64,000 nucleotides of DNA from Minisyncoccota bacterium (GCA_016927565.1 JAFGMK010000018.1:13119-77118), one strand, 5' to 3'. Counted from the first letter of the stretch, positions 1 through 10,187 are shown. The notes: generated from the letters alone by a model not told the origin. Translations and numbers: made by a program.

Positions 1-571
1 GCTCAAGCTTAGTCGGCGGCTCTATTTTGACAATCAATCTGACCGAATCTGTCAGAACCCTAATCTTGTCCTTATCAAGGCTTAAATCTTCCACCTTAAT
101 CATATCTCCAACCTCAGCCAGCACGGTAGTATCAACCTCAATTTTTTCAGGTAAATCGGTCGGTAAAGCCTCAACCTCAAGTTCATCCAAAAGCCTGACC
201 AAAATTCCGCTTTTCTGCTCGGCCGCCGGCGATTCACCGATGAGCTCAATCGGAATTTCTGCTTTCACCTTTTCTGACAAATTCACCTGATGGAAATCAG
301 CATGAATTGCCTGATCAGTAACCGGATCAAATTGAACATTATGAATTAAAACCGGCCGGGAATTTTTTTCTTTGGCCAAAGACAAATCCACTATCCCCGT
401 TTCGCCCACTTCCCGATAAACCGGCATAAACTGCCTCACCTCAAGCTGAACTGCCTGCGATTTGACTTTTTTACCATAGATATTAGCAGGCAGAATCCCC
501 TGCTCACGAAGTTTCTTGACCTTCCGCCCAAAAATTTCCCTTTTTTCAACAACAAGCTTAACCTTTGCCAT
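1..571 (-). CDS. rplY: 50S ribosomal protein L25/Ctc (3' end truncated by window edge; missing from ORF track)
   Basis: Manual translation from ATG at 571: MAKVKLVVEKREIFGRKVKKLREQGILPANIYGK...IHNVQFDPVTDQAIHADFHQV...LEVEALPTDLPEKIEVD, classic L25/TL5 motifs. Confidence 0.95.
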   Translation of the reverse strand, partial: MAKVKLVVEKREIFGRKVKKLREQGILPANIYGKKVKSQAVQLEVRQFMPVYREVGETGIVDLSLAKEKNSRPVLIHNVQFDPVTDQAIHADFHQVNLSEKVKAEIPIELIGESPAAEQKSGILVRLLDELEVEALPTDLPEKIEVDTTVLAEVGDMIKVEDLSLDKDKIRVLTDSVRLIVKIEPPTKLE

Positions 572-582
572 GATGGTTTGCT

Positions 583-611
583 ATTGTAACCAAAAAAACC
601 CTCCCCGTCAA
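583..611 (-). promoter_or_regulatory. sigma70 promoter of rplY
   Basis: Minus strand TTGACG-17 nt-TACAAT, ending 11 nt before the ATG. Confidence 0.7.
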
Positions 612-622
612 CCGCAATCCCG

Positions 623-771
623 GAGACTGTTGAATAATGTCTTGATCCATTGTTATTCTGATCCCGCCCCGTCATTCAGAGGCCGAAGACCGAAGAATCC
701 CTTCGGGTTCAAGCCGGGGATCCTTCGTTTTACTCAGGATAACGGTGAGAAAATTTTTATTCAGCAGCCTC
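623..771. repeat. MITE/REP-like intergenic element, copy 1 (149 bp)
   Basis: Terminal inverted repeats GAGACTGTTGAATAA / TTATTCAGCAGCCTC with nested internal palindromes; near-identical to 39713-39861. Confidence 0.85.
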
Positions 772-784
772 ATCTTAAAAGCTT

Positions 785-3718
785 TCAGAGTCTGACCCTG
801 GTCTGTAAAACAAGGTCTTTATTAAAAATGTCTTCAAACCAAAGACTCCGGTCAATTGCCGCCGGCGTCGGATTAGCTGATAGGAAAGAAGCTCCCGGCG
901 GCAATTCAATATTGACTTTCAAATGACTCGGATGACTGCCTGACTGGCGTTGGAGAAAAAGAAGATAATCGACTTCCTTTCCCTGTTCTGCTTGAAAAGG
1001 AGGCCGGTAAACCACCTCCAGCCTTAATTCTTTTCCCGGAGGAACAACTACTAAAAAACCGAAGTAAGCTTTTCCTGCAGAAATACCCCGGTCGATTTCA
1101 TTTTCGGAAAGAATTTTTTCCCCAACCTTAACCTGATCCAATTCGGAACCAAGGGGAAAATAAAGCCGCAGATAATTTTTATAATCACCTCCGAAGGGGC
1201 TTGATTTCGAGCTGTTATTAAGATAACCAATTTTTAGAATGTTTTTAAAAGTCCTTTCCTGGTCAATAATTACTCTCAAGCCCAAGCTTCGCTTCAAGTA
1301 ATAGTTAACCTTATTTACACCCAAATTAGCCTCGACAATCATCAGATAATCCTTGAGGCAGTCAACAGCTTCATCCAAGCAGTTTAAAGTCCGGAGGGAA
1401 CCTTCCCAAGATAAATTATTAATCGTCGTCATTAAATGAGGATCCTCTAAATAAATCATCAGGTCCTTCTCTTCAAGAGATGAATAAACTGCCTCCAGAA
1501 TAGCCAGCGACTTTCCCGGGCCGCTCTCTTTAATTCTTTCGAGCAAAGCCTTAGCTAAGTTGCCCAGAAAATCTTTTTTTTGGGTTGAACCGGGAAAAAA
1601 ATTATCCTGACTGTAACTTTGGGCTTTTTCAAATAAGTTCTCGGCCTTAACTTCCTCTCTAAAATCGATCAACCGCAGCGGTCCGGTTTTTTCCAGAATT
1701 TTTTGAGGTAATCCGAGATTGATGGCAATAACTCCGTCTGCCTTTTTGTTAAGAGCCTTTTGCAGAAACCACAAAGCTCTGTGGGCTGAAGTGGGAAAAT
1801 TAGGATCCCAATTAGAATCGCGTAGATACCAGCCTCCTTCTCCCAAATACTCTTTAATCGGCGGCGGCGGTTCAATATGACCCTTTATCTGACCGTCAGC
1901 ACTATAGACATCGCTCACTTCAAAAGCGACTAGCCGCCCCTTTTTAAAACTTGCCTGAGCGAATGAACCGATAAAACCACCGGTCGGCCGAAGCTCCATA
2001 TTATTCTGAAACAAAACCAAATAATTTTTTTCTCCTTCCCAACCGACTAAATCAGGCAGAATCTTTAAAAACGAATCTGCCTCTGAAAGCCCTTTCCTTA
2101 ATCGGGGCAAATTAGTTTTAAGACTGACAACCAAAGGAGAAAGATTAAAAAATTCATTTTGAAGAATCCCCAAGTCATTAAGTTGAAGACTGGCTTCAAG
2201 AAACGAAGTTTCCCGCCAGACAGTTTGGGTAATCAACCTTAATTCAGCTGACAACTCGTCCAGATTTCCCGGGCCGCCGTTTAACACCATTTGGCTTAAT
2301 TCTTCTCCTTTAGCCATTGCCAAAACTAAGTCGTTGCCGATTTTAGCCCCGCTTTTAATCGTTGAAACCATTGATAATAATTTCTGGGCCTTTTCCGGCT
2401 GGCCCAGAAAAAACAAAACTTCAGCGATTTGATTTAATCCCTGGTTGGCCTTTTCAAAATTTTTCAAGGAACGGACAATTTTATTTTCAAAACCGGCCAT
2501 CTCTTCCTCCCCTAAGGCCCGATAGGCTTTTTTCAATTCTGCGGCTCCTGACCAGATGCGGAAAAAGGGTAGGGAAAAAGGCAACGCCATTGCAAAAATT
2601 AAAAAAACAAAAACCAATACAAAAAACCCTATTTTTAATCTTGGTCTTGGCTTGCTTGTGTTTGGCCTGGTTTCAGCCTGAATAAATTTTGTTTGGGCCG
2701 GCGGACATGGTTGAATCGGCAAAGAGGGCTCTAATGGCCGTTCTGTCACCAACCGCGTCTTACCCTCAATTGGCTTCATTGAAAAAAAACGGCCGGTTCG
2801 TTCTAAACCTTCATCAATCCCTATTTTTGCCCGCCAACCGGGCAGTAATTGATTTTCACCTGCCAAAAGGCGAAAATCGGCCAAGTCTTTTTTGGCCGGA
2901 ACAAACTTAACCGGCAGCTTTTGACCGCTTAGATTTTTAATTTTCTGAGCCAGATCAACAAGCTTGATTTTTTCCGGGCCCCAAAGTGAGAAAATTTCTC
3001 CCTTTGTTTGACTGACAAACATTGCTTTGATCAGGCCGAACACCACATCAGAAATAAAAGCCGGACAAATTATTTGCTCACCGTCACCCGGAATTTCAAG
3101 AGGTAAACCCTGGACGAAACTTTTTAAAAAAAGGGCCATTCCTCTGGCTGAAGCCAAGTTCATCCGCGGCCCGTACACCCAGCCCAAACGAACTATCCGG
3201 ATATTCAAGCCCTGCTTAAAATAAGCCAAAGCCATTTCTTCAGCAAAACGCTTGGCTTCATCATGTAAGGCCAAAATCTTTTTTTCGCGCCTTTGATTTT
3301 TTGATCGGGAAAGCAAAAAAAGATTAAAATCGTCCAATGATGAACCGAGCAGAAATTTAGCCTGATGCTGTCGGGCATATTCCAAAAGATTTTTAGTCCC
3401 CTGAGAATTAACCACAAGATGTTTTAAGGGATAAGCCTGATTTCCTTCCATCCCCGCCAGATGAAAAACGTAGTCAGCTCTCTCCACCTTTTCCAGTGGC
3501 CGATTAAGATCAAACTCCTGAAAAGAAAAATCCGGCTGGGTAAAACACGCTTTGAGATTAATCCGACTGCCGCTTGACAGATTATCCAGCGCCAATACAC
3601 GGCAACCCTGAAGCAGTAAGCTTTGGCAGACAAACGAACCGATAAACCCGGCTCCGCCGGCAACCAGGGCAGTCGGCTTATAGACTAAAGCAGGTGGCAA
3701 CTGATCATTACTTGTCAT
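785..3718 (-). CDS. NAD-dependent epimerase/dehydratase (UXS-like SDR) fused via a TM helix to a DUF4012 domain
   Basis: N-terminal GGAGFIG and VFHLA motifs; TM near aa 363-385; C-terminal YLVLFQNNMELRPTGGFIGS, LRDSNWDPNFP and EANLGVNKVN are typical DUF4012 motifs. Confidence 0.85.
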   Translation of the reverse strand: MTSNDQLPPALVYKPTALVAGGAGFIGSFVCQSLLLQGCRVLALDNLSSGSRINLKACFTQPDFSFQEFDLNRPLEKVERADYVFHLAGMEGNQAYPLKHLVVNSQGTKNLLEYARQHQAKFLLGSSLDDFNLFLLSRSKNQRREKKILALHDEAKRFAEEMALAYFKQGLNIRIVRLGWVYGPRMNLASARGMALFLKSFVQGLPLEIPGDGEQIICPAFISDVVFGLIKAMFVSQTKGEIFSLWGPEKIKLVDLAQKIKNLSGQKLPVKFVPAKKDLADFRLLAGENQLLPGWRAKIGIDEGLERTGRFFSMKPIEGKTRLVTERPLEPSLPIQPCPPAQTKFIQAETRPNTSKPRPRLKIGFFVLVFVFLIFAMALPFSLPFFRIWSGAAELKKAYRALGEEEMAGFENKIVRSLKNFEKANQGLNQIAEVLFFLGQPEKAQKLLSMVSTIKSGAKIGNDLVLAMAKGEELSQMVLNGGPGNLDELSAELRLITQTVWRETSFLEASLQLNDLGILQNEFFNLSPLVVSLKTNLPRLRKGLSEADSFLKILPDLVGWEGEKNYLVLFQNNMELRPTGGFIGSFAQASFKKGRLVAFEVSDVYSADGQIKGHIEPPPPIKEYLGEGGWYLRDSNWDPNFPTSAHRALWFLQKALNKKADGVIAINLGLPQKILEKTGPLRLIDFREEVKAENLFEKAQSYSQDNFFPGSTQKKDFLGNLAKALLERIKESGPGKSLAILEAVYSSLEEKDLMIYLEDPHLMTTINNLSWEGSLRTLNCLDEAVDCLKDYLMIVEANLGVNKVNYYLKRSLGLRVIIDQERTFKNILKIGYLNNSSKSSPFGGDYKNYLRLYFPLGSELDQVKVGEKILSENEIDRGISAGKAYFGFLVVVPPGKELRLEVVYRPPFQAEQGKEVDYLLFLQRQSGSHPSHLKVNIELPPGASFLSANPTPAAIDRSLWFEDIFNKDLVLQTRVRL

Positions 3719-3944
3719 TGGGCAGAGAAATCCGGATCAGGCCGTTATCAACAACCCGACACCGAAACAGCAATTTCCTTTTATTCATCATACCTAAACT
3801 CTTCAGTTCTTTCAAGGAAATAACAAGGTTTGACAAATTGTTCATCACCGAGAAATCCTGGACAATACCCAAAACCCGGCCAGACAAAACCTCAAACAAA
3901 AAATGAGAAAAAAGGGGGGAAATATCCTTACATTTTGGTTTTTT

Positions 3945-4385
3945 TCAAACAAGGGCGGTGAGATTTTTTTTGATGATTTGATTAACCAGAGCGTCGGCTT
4001 CTTTATTTTTTTCCCGGGGAACATGTTGATAAAAAACTGCCCCTTCAATTTCATTTTCCAATTGTCTGACCGTAATAATCAACTCTCTTAAACCCGAGTT
4101 TTTTATCTTATAAAGACCGTTCAGCTGATTAACCACCAACATTGAATCCAGATGAAATCTAATTTCCGATAGTTCCCCTATCCGATTGGTTTTAAACCAT
4201 TTTAAAGCCTCGACTACTGCCCGGTATTCAGCTACGTTATTAGTAGCCCGTCCAATGAACCTGGCTCCCTTAGCCAGAACATGGCCCGAATAATCATAAA
4301 CAACAAATCCAACTCCGGCAGGCCCCGGGTTTCCCCGCGCCCCACCATCGCAATAAACTGAATAATTCACTCTTTTTTTATCCAC
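3945..4385 (-). CDS. rnhA: Ribonuclease HI
   Basis: YCDGGARGNPGPAG, TNNVAEY, DSMLVVNQ, HVPREKNKEADAL. Confidence 0.93.
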   Translation of the reverse strand: MDKKRVNYSVYCDGGARGNPGPAGVGFVVYDYSGHVLAKGARFIGRATNNVAEYRAVVEALKWFKTNRIGELSEIRFHLDSMLVVNQLNGLYKIKNSGLRELIITVRQLENEIEGAVFYQHVPREKNKEADALVNQIIKKNLTALV

Positions 4386-4397
4386 TTGTGCCCTTTT

Positions 4398-5693
4398 TCA
4401 AAACAGCCTTTCTTTTCGTCCGATTAATTGCCTGATAGTTTTGGGAAAGGAAAAAAATTTCAAATCAAAATCAGTCGCCCTTCTCAAATATGAAAATGTT
4501 AAAACAAATATTAATCCCTCTGTCAAGACGCTGACTCCGGCGGCACCCGAATAAGAAAAGCGGGGAATAAACAAAAAATTCAAGATAATATTTAAAAAAA
4601 GAGCTATCAAAGAAAATCTTAAATGGATTCTTTGTTTGCCCAAAGCAGCTAAAGAATAGCCGCTTAAATGATTAAGATAGGCAAAACCCGTCGTTAGAAT
4701 CAAAATCCGCAAAATCGTCAACGATTCCCCGAATTCTTCACCCCCAAGGATTCTGATTATCAGAGGCGCGAAAATTAAAACACCGGCCACCACTATCAAA
4801 GCCATGACAATCAATAAATCAAGCGCCCTCTGAATCAAGTTTTTTAAATCCGGGTGTTTGGCCGGAGAATTAGCCAAATTAACAATCACCGGGAAAAAAG
4901 CACCCATTAAATAGGCCGCCCCTAAAACCAGATTGTCGTGAACTTTATAAGCCAAAAGATAAAGACCGGTAACGGTTTCGCCTTTTAAGAACTGAAGAAT
5001 AAAGGTATCGGCCCGGCTGTAAACAGAATAAACGGTTAACAATGCCCCCATCGGCAATGATTCTTTCAGCAGATAAAGCAGTAATTCTTTATTCAGCCGG
5101 AAGTCAACTTTGATTGTTTTCAAAACCACAATTATTGCTCCGCCAGCCGACAAAGCCGAAGTAACTATCAAAGCAAAAATTGCCTGGCCCAAAACAATTT
5201 CCTGCCAAAAAAGGAGAAAAATTAAAAACAAGATTGAGGCCAACAACTCTATTAGGGCTGTCCAGTAAAGCTTCAGACGGGCGTGAAAAACAATCTGAGC
5301 CGAAGTTTTAACAGATAAGAATAAAATGATTAGAGCCGCTGATAAGGCCTGGTCTCTAAATCCCGCCAAAGACGGATTAAACCAAATAAAAAAAATAAAA
5401 AAAATTATTCCCAGAAAAGCCATCAGCGTCCTTAGAAAAAGAGAGTTGGCAAATATCTTGCCCGTCTCCTCAGGCTTTTTAGCAGCTTCCCTCACTGCAA
5501 TCAGATTTGTTCCCCAGTCAGCGAAAGAAAAAAAAATTACTACTGCTGTATTAATCACCCCAAAAGCGCCATAACCTCCCTGGCCCAAACGACGGGTCAA
5601 CATTGCCGTCGTGAAGAGAGAAATTAAAATCACTCCAATCCGGCCAATTACTTGGATTAGAGTATTGAAAGCGATTTTCTTTGAAAGTTCCAC
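4398..5693 (-). CDS. Polysaccharide flippase (Wzx/MATE-like); start may be 5714
   Basis: About 12 TM segments; LTRRLGQGGYG, YSRADTFIL, GLYLLAYK, FIPRFSYSGAA motifs. Confidence 0.85.
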   Translation of the reverse strand: MELSKKIAFNTLIQVIGRIGVILISLFTTAMLTRRLGQGGYGAFGVINTAVVIFFSFADWGTNLIAVREAAKKPEETGKIFANSLFLRTLMAFLGIIFFIFFIWFNPSLAGFRDQALSAALIILFLSVKTSAQIVFHARLKLYWTALIELLASILFLIFLLFWQEIVLGQAIFALIVTSALSAGGAIIVVLKTIKVDFRLNKELLLYLLKESLPMGALLTVYSVYSRADTFILQFLKGETVTGLYLLAYKVHDNLVLGAAYLMGAFFPVIVNLANSPAKHPDLKNLIQRALDLLIVMALIVVAGVLIFAPLIIRILGGEEFGESLTILRILILTTGFAYLNHLSGYSLAALGKQRIHLRFSLIALFLNIILNFLFIPRFSYSGAAGVSVLTEGLIFVLTFSYLRRATDFDLKFFSFPKTIRQLIGRKERLF

Positions 5694-5749
5694 TAAAACA
5701 AACTTAAAGATCAATAAGGAATGGCCGGAATTATTTTAGCACAGTTTAC

Positions 5750-6979
5750 TCAGGCACGTCTTTGCCAGACAAGTCCCAAAACCAAAGCAAAGACAAGCTG
5801 GCCCTGCTGGAGTGTCAACCAGTAATGATCAAATAAGCCGGTAAATAAAATTGCCAGCAAGGAAATTAAAACTCTTTTTTCCTTAACAATTTTGGCTAAA
5901 CTCCGCCAGAGAAAAAAACAACTCCCCAAAAGTCCCGCCAAGCCGGTTTCGGCACCAATTAAAAAATAAAGATTATGAACCGGTTGCCAAAACCGGCCTA
6001 TCTCCCGGGCCTGCCAAAAATCCGGCAGGTGAACCAGAAAATTACCTAAACCGACTCCGATAATCGGATTTCTTTTAATCATCAAAACAGCCGCTTCGGA
6101 TAAAGCCAGCCGTCTTAAAATTGATAAACGGGCCGGGAAAAAAAATAAGAGGGAACCGGCCAGCAGTAAAAAAATCAGTACCGGCCCGGCTTTGGAAAAT
6201 TTTTTTGATAAAAAAAAGGATCCTGCAATTGCTCCGGCCAGCCAGACAGGCCGGGAAAAACAGAAAAACAAAACCGGCCCGGCTATAAAAAACAGCAGCC
6301 AGGACCGGCAATTTTTTTTCCGGTTCCAAGCGAGAATTAAACTCACCAACAAAAAGCCGGCTAAAACATTCGGATGGGGAAAGACACCATAAGGCCGGAG
6401 ATAAACTTTATTTCCCAAATAAGCCCTGGCAATCCCGGGAGTGCCAAGAGTAAAAGTCCTTTCCCCCAGCCACCAGAAAATCCCGTTTAAAGAGCTTTGT
6501 TTAAAAAGCTGGCCAAAGGCAATCAGACAATTATAAATAATTGTTATCGGCAGAATCCGGCAGATTGTTTTTTGGGTTTCCTGATTTCTGGCAACATAAA
6601 GAGCAAACAAAAAAAACTCAACCGATTTCGATAACTTATAAAAAGCCAATCCCCGGCTTTTAGCCCAAAAACTATTTAGGATTAAAAAAATTCCCGATAG
6701 TAAAATAAGGTTTAAGTGTTTTAACTCCCGGATGCCGGCTCTCTGTCTGCGACCCGCCGCCCATTGTGTTTCCAGCACCCAGCTAAGCAGCGTTGCCAGC
6801 ACCAGAAAATCAGTCAGGTAGACAGTTGGTGACAAGTAATCAACCCGCAATCCCCACAAAAGGGAAAATTCGGGCCAGAAGTGTTTCCCCAGTTGAAGCG
6901 GTAAAAAAAGAATCAGAAGCTTAAAAAAAAAGCGGTGGAGGTTTGTTAAAAAATTTTTAAAAACTGAATCCCAAGTCAT
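5750..6979 (-). CDS. O-antigen ligase/polymerase-like membrane protein (Wzy_C)
   Basis: Multi-TM; RPYGVFPHPNVLAG, FSR, GVGLGNF, PVHNLYFLIGAETG. Confidence 0.85.
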   Translation of the reverse strand: MTWDSVFKNFLTNLHRFFFKLLILFLPLQLGKHFWPEFSLLWGLRVDYLSPTVYLTDFLVLATLLSWVLETQWAAGRRQRAGIRELKHLNLILLSGIFLILNSFWAKSRGLAFYKLSKSVEFFLFALYVARNQETQKTICRILPITIIYNCLIAFGQLFKQSSLNGIFWWLGERTFTLGTPGIARAYLGNKVYLRPYGVFPHPNVLAGFLLVSLILAWNRKKNCRSWLLFFIAGPVLFFCFSRPVWLAGAIAGSFFLSKKFSKAGPVLIFLLLAGSLLFFFPARLSILRRLALSEAAVLMIKRNPIIGVGLGNFLVHLPDFWQAREIGRFWQPVHNLYFLIGAETGLAGLLGSCFFLWRSLAKIVKEKRVLISLLAILFTGLFDHYWLTLQQGQLVFALVLGLVWQRRA

Positions 6980-7035
6980 AGCCCAACCGCCCCGCCTGAG
7001 TGAAGTTATGATTGCTTCAATTAGGCTGTCTGTGA

Positions 7036-7515
7036 TCAGCCAGTTAAATCTTCCCTTCTTTCCGCCGGTTTAACCATTATCCGCCTGCCTCTTCCTTCCC
7101 CTTCTGACTCAGCAATAATTCCTTCTTCCCGGGCTAAAACAAGATGAACAATCCGACGTTCAAAAGCCGGTAAAGGCGGCAGAGCCAAAACCCGGCCTGA
7201 AGTTTTTACCCGACGGGCCGCGGAAAGAGCCATATTCTCTAAAACCCTCTCCCGGTTTTCCCGATAACCGCCCACTTCAACCATCAAAGAAGGCCAATGG
7301 CTGGTTTTTTGATAGACGATCATTTTCAACAGATGTTGAAAAGAGTTCAGATTTTCTCCATGATAGCCAATCAACACCCCCGATTCCCGATCTTTCAAAA
7401 CAACTTCCAGTTTCTGGCGATCTTTAGACAAGTTGATTTCGGCTTCAAGTCCCAGCTTAGCCAAAATATCTTCGGCTGTTTTTATAACCACCTGATCTGT
7501 TTCTGATAAAGTCAT
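7036..7515 (-). CDS. jag: Jag/KhpB-like RNA-binding protein (KH + R3H)
   Basis: LIGYHGENLNSFQ (KH) and ERRIVH (R3H); downstream of yidC. Confidence 0.88.
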   Translation of the reverse strand: MTLSETDQVVIKTAEDILAKLGLEAEINLSKDRQKLEVVLKDRESGVLIGYHGENLNSFQHLLKMIVYQKTSHWPSLMVEVGGYRENRERVLENMALSAARRVKTSGRVLALPPLPAFERRIVHLVLAREEGIIAESEGEGRGRRIMVKPAERREDLTG

Positions 7516-8288
7516 TTTTTCAAACGGCTCTCTTTCTTAGTTTTTTTAATTAATAACTGCTGGCCAAGACTTGCCAACGAAAAGACTAACATATAAATTA
7601 CCAATCCCGAAGGAAAAGCAAGGCCAAAAAAGATTGTCATAAAAGGCAGGATATAAACCATCTGTTTTTGGGTTGCCGCAGCAACATCGTCAATTTCTCC
7701 CGGAGTTTCAGAAGCAATCTGCTTAGTTTTCTTTAAAGACGGCAGCATTTTCTTAGAAGAAATGAATTGAATTAAAACTGCCGTAATTAAAAAAAGGCCC
7801 GGCAGTTTAACCTTTCCCAGATTAAATACGTCAGGCTTAGTCAGATCAAGATATAAGAAACGGGTGTTGAGTTGAGTTCCCGGAACCAACTTCAAAGCCG
7901 GATAAAGAACTTCGTTCAACTTAGCAACGATATCGCCATTTCCCCTAAGGATAGTGTTAAAAGCCCGAAAAAAAGCCACCAAAACCAGAAGTTGGATTAT
8001 CTGAGGCAAACACCCGGCCGCGGGGTTAATCCCCTGCTGTTGATAAAGCTGCATCTGGGCCTTGGCAAAAGATTGTTTGTCATCTTTGTATTTTTTCTTC
8101 AGCTTGTTGATTTCTGGCGCAATCTCTTTTAAACGATCGGCTGTTTTTAAAGAAGGCAAAGTTAAAGGCAAAAGGGCCAGACGCAGCAAGCCGGTCATCG
8201 CAATTACTGCCCAGCCTAAATTATCAAACATCTGATAAAAAAAAATCAGACTATTGAGAAGCGGTTGATATAAGAGTGTCTGCCACAT
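7512..8288 (-). CDS. yidC: Membrane protein insertase YidC
   Basis: LRLALLPL, QMQLYQQQGINPAAGCLP, PSGLVIY; rpmH-rnpA-yidD-yidC synteny; ATG at 8288 preferred. Confidence 0.93.
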   Translation of the reverse strand: MWQTLLYQPLLNSLIFFYQMFDNLGWAVIAMTGLLRLALLPLTLPSLKTADRLKEIAPEINKLKKKYKDDKQSFAKAQMQLYQQQGINPAAGCLPQIIQLLVLVAFFRAFNTILRGNGDIVAKLNEVLYPALKLVPGTQLNTRFLYLDLTKPDVFNLGKVKLPGLFLITAVLIQFISSKKMLPSLKKTKQIASETPGEIDDVAAATQKQMVYILPFMTIFFGLAFPSGLVIYMLVFSLASLGQQLLIKKTKKESRLKK

Positions 8289-8325
8289 GTTGCTAGGCTT
8301 AAAAGGCAAAGCGCATAACTAAGAA

Positions 8326-8547
8326 CTAATTATTAAAATCAGGCACCGGGTCAATTCCTCCTTTAGTCCAGGGATGGCAACGGATAATTCTTGTAAAACC
8401 CATCCAGACTCCCTGTAATATACCATATTTTGAAATTGCCTGATAAGCATATTCCGAACAAGTCGGTTGAAAACGGCAAGCAGAGTGGGAAAGAAAAAAA
8501 GGCAAACGCTGATAAAACCGGATTAGCCTGAGAAAAAATTTTTTCAT
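8326..8547 (-). CDS. yidD: Membrane protein insertion efficiency factor YidD
   Basis: CRFQPTCSEY...RIIRCHPWTKGGIDPVP. Confidence 0.95.
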   Translation of the reverse strand: MKKFFLRLIRFYQRLPFFLSHSACRFQPTCSEYAYQAISKYGILQGVWMGFTRIIRCHPWTKGGIDPVPDFNN

Positions 8548-8568
8548 TCTTGATTTGAGAGCATTTAT

Positions 8569-8592
8569 GATCCGGGATCGGAGATTGATCCC
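8569..8592. repeat. Partial copy of GATCCCGGATCG palindromic repeat family
   Basis: GATCCGGGATCGG arm plus GGGATC...GATCCC hairpin between rnpA and yidD. Confidence 0.45.
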
Positions 8593-8596
8593 TAGT

Positions 8597-8938
8597 TTAT
8601 TTTAAAAATCCCGCTTTTTTTAAGATCGCAGCTACCGCAATTTTAATCTCTTCAGACCGCCGACCGACAGTTTCTTTTTTAACTAGGAACAAGCCCAATT
8701 TGCCGTCCTTAATCTTGTCAATTTTCAGCCGAATGACCTCTCTTAATTTTCTCTTGATCTTATTCCTTTCAACCGCCTTTTTGGCTGTTTTAAGAGAAAC
8801 GATAAAAGCAAATCGGGAAGGCCGGGAATCATCAAGATCATAAACCAGCAAACCAAAAAGAGGGCCGGAGATTAGTCTTCCTTCTTCACGAGCAAGAACG
8901 ATTTCGGCTGGATTGGCGCGGTTTTTACGAGAGAGCAA
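8597..8938 (-). CDS. rnpA: Ribonuclease P protein component
   Basis: RFAFIVS...[15 protein letters not shown] (RNR motif); synteny. Confidence 0.9.
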   Translation of the reverse strand: MLSRKNRANPAEIVLAREEGRLISGPLFGLLVYDLDDSRPSRFAFIVSLKTAKKAVERNKIKRKLREVIRLKIDKIKDGKLGLFLVKKETVGRRSEEIKIAVAAILKKAGFLK

Positions 8939-9065
8939 TTCTTTTTCTTTTTTTTAAAGTCCGCCGTTTTAAAACCTTTTGTCCGTCCCTGGTTTTTTTC
9001 CGAGCCCGATAGCCGTAGGTTCTTTTTCTTTTGATCTTGCTGGGGGAATAAGTTCGCTTGGTCAT
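8925..9065 (-). CDS. rpmH: 50S ribosomal protein L34 (46 aa, below ORF-track cutoff)
   Basis: Manual translation [46 protein letters not shown]; canonical position. Confidence 0.95.
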   Translation of the reverse strand: MTKRTYSPSKIKRKRTYGYRARKKTRDGQKVLKRRTLKKRKRIALS

Positions 9066-9148
9066 TTGCCTGGTTATCAGTTATTAAAGGTTAATTCTGC
9101 GATTTATTATAGTTTTTTTCAACTTCAAAAACAAGCGAAATTAATTTG

Positions 9149-9988
9149 CTAGTCTTCCTGCCACTGCAGACTAACTATTCTGAGTCCCGTTTCAGTTATA
9201 AACTTATCGACATGCGCGGTTTTAGAATCTGCCGCTAAATCCTGATAAGTTTCTTCAGCCCGAGCAATATCGTTTAGACTAAAATCACTTACTCTAGTTT
9301 TCAACAAATCTCTATTATAGGTAATCACCCATCTTCTCTCTCGACCGTCCCCGGCAGGTTCTAGCAAATTTCTTCCAGACATAGCCTGTCCGGCAACAAT
9401 CAGCTCTCCATAGTCCGGAAGATCAATTTCCGGCGCTCCGTCGGTTCCTAAACTTACAACCTCCACTGTAAAACCACTCGTAGGATCAGCCAAAACCGTA
9501 GCCCGCCTCTCGGCTTGTTCTTCCGCCGGCGTTCCCTTTTTCTCCTTTGGTCTTTTACTCGCCCTGATAGCAAGAGAGGGAAAAGTTGCCTCTGCCTCAA
9601 TCCGACCCCGGCCATCATCAACGGGCACCCACCGGTAAACAAGATTTCCACCGTAAGATCCACTAAGGATTTGTCTGGCTGTGGCAATCCCCGCCCCTCC
9701 AGGTCCTGAACAAACAACTCGATCTTTTCTTTTTTTTTGAGAAGCCGGCTTTGGATCATTCAGATTTCTTAACATTGCCTCTTTCTCAGAAACAGGATAG
9801 GTTTTATCATCCCTGACAGTCATTTTCCTTCTCCAGGGATCAATTCTAACATCCACAAAACCAGCTGCCTGCTCCTCGCAATTTTTCACCAGCTCATTAA
9901 GAACTGAAGCTATTGGGGTATGTTTTCCCGAAAGACCATACTTGTCTTTAATCCGGATTTCCGACGGGCAACCTACAGCTTCAGACAT
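9149..9988 (-). CDS. Hypothetical protein with degenerate GHKL/HATPase-like N-terminal domain
   Basis: LNELVKNC (N-box-like), VRDD, GPGGAGIATARQIL...YGGNL (G2-like); no HisKA seen. Confidence 0.55.
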   Translation of the reverse strand: MSEAVGCPSEIRIKDKYGLSGKHTPIASVLNELVKNCEEQAAGFVDVRIDPWRRKMTVRDDKTYPVSEKEAMLRNLNDPKPASQKKRKDRVVCSGPGGAGIATARQILSGSYGGNLVYRWVPVDDGRGRIEAEATFPSLAIRASKRPKEKKGTPAEEQAERRATVLADPTSGFTVEVVSLGTDGAPEIDLPDYGELIVAGQAMSGRNLLEPAGDGRERRWVITYNRDLLKTRVSDFSLNDIARAEETYQDLAADSKTAHVDKFITETGLRIVSLQWQED

Positions 9989-10064
9989 ACTGATTTTGAT
10001 TAATCATTTTTTTCTTTAAATTATTTTAGCCAAAAAAAACCGGATTAGCAAACTTTAAAATGGC

Positions 10065-10187
10065 GAGACTGTTGAATAATATCTCAGCCGCTTGTCATTC
10101 TGAGGCTAAAAGCCGAAGATCCCCGTCCGGAAGAAATCCTTCGTTATGCTCAGGATGACGATGCGAAAAAGAATATCCAACACTCTC
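10065..10187. repeat. MITE/REP-like intergenic element, copy 2 (shorter variant)
   Basis: GAGACTGTTGAATAA left end, GTCATTCTGA...TCAGGATGAC internal palindrome, TATCCAACACTCTC right end. Confidence 0.75.

Noticed and set aside
27-926. ORF-track entries 27..290, 436..675 and 516..926
   Set aside because: Shadows of rplY and of the repeat element; the real gene is rplY on the minus strand.
3708-3899. 63-aa ORF between rnhA and the epimerase fusion
   Set aside because: No motif, non-ATG start; might be real but unsupported.
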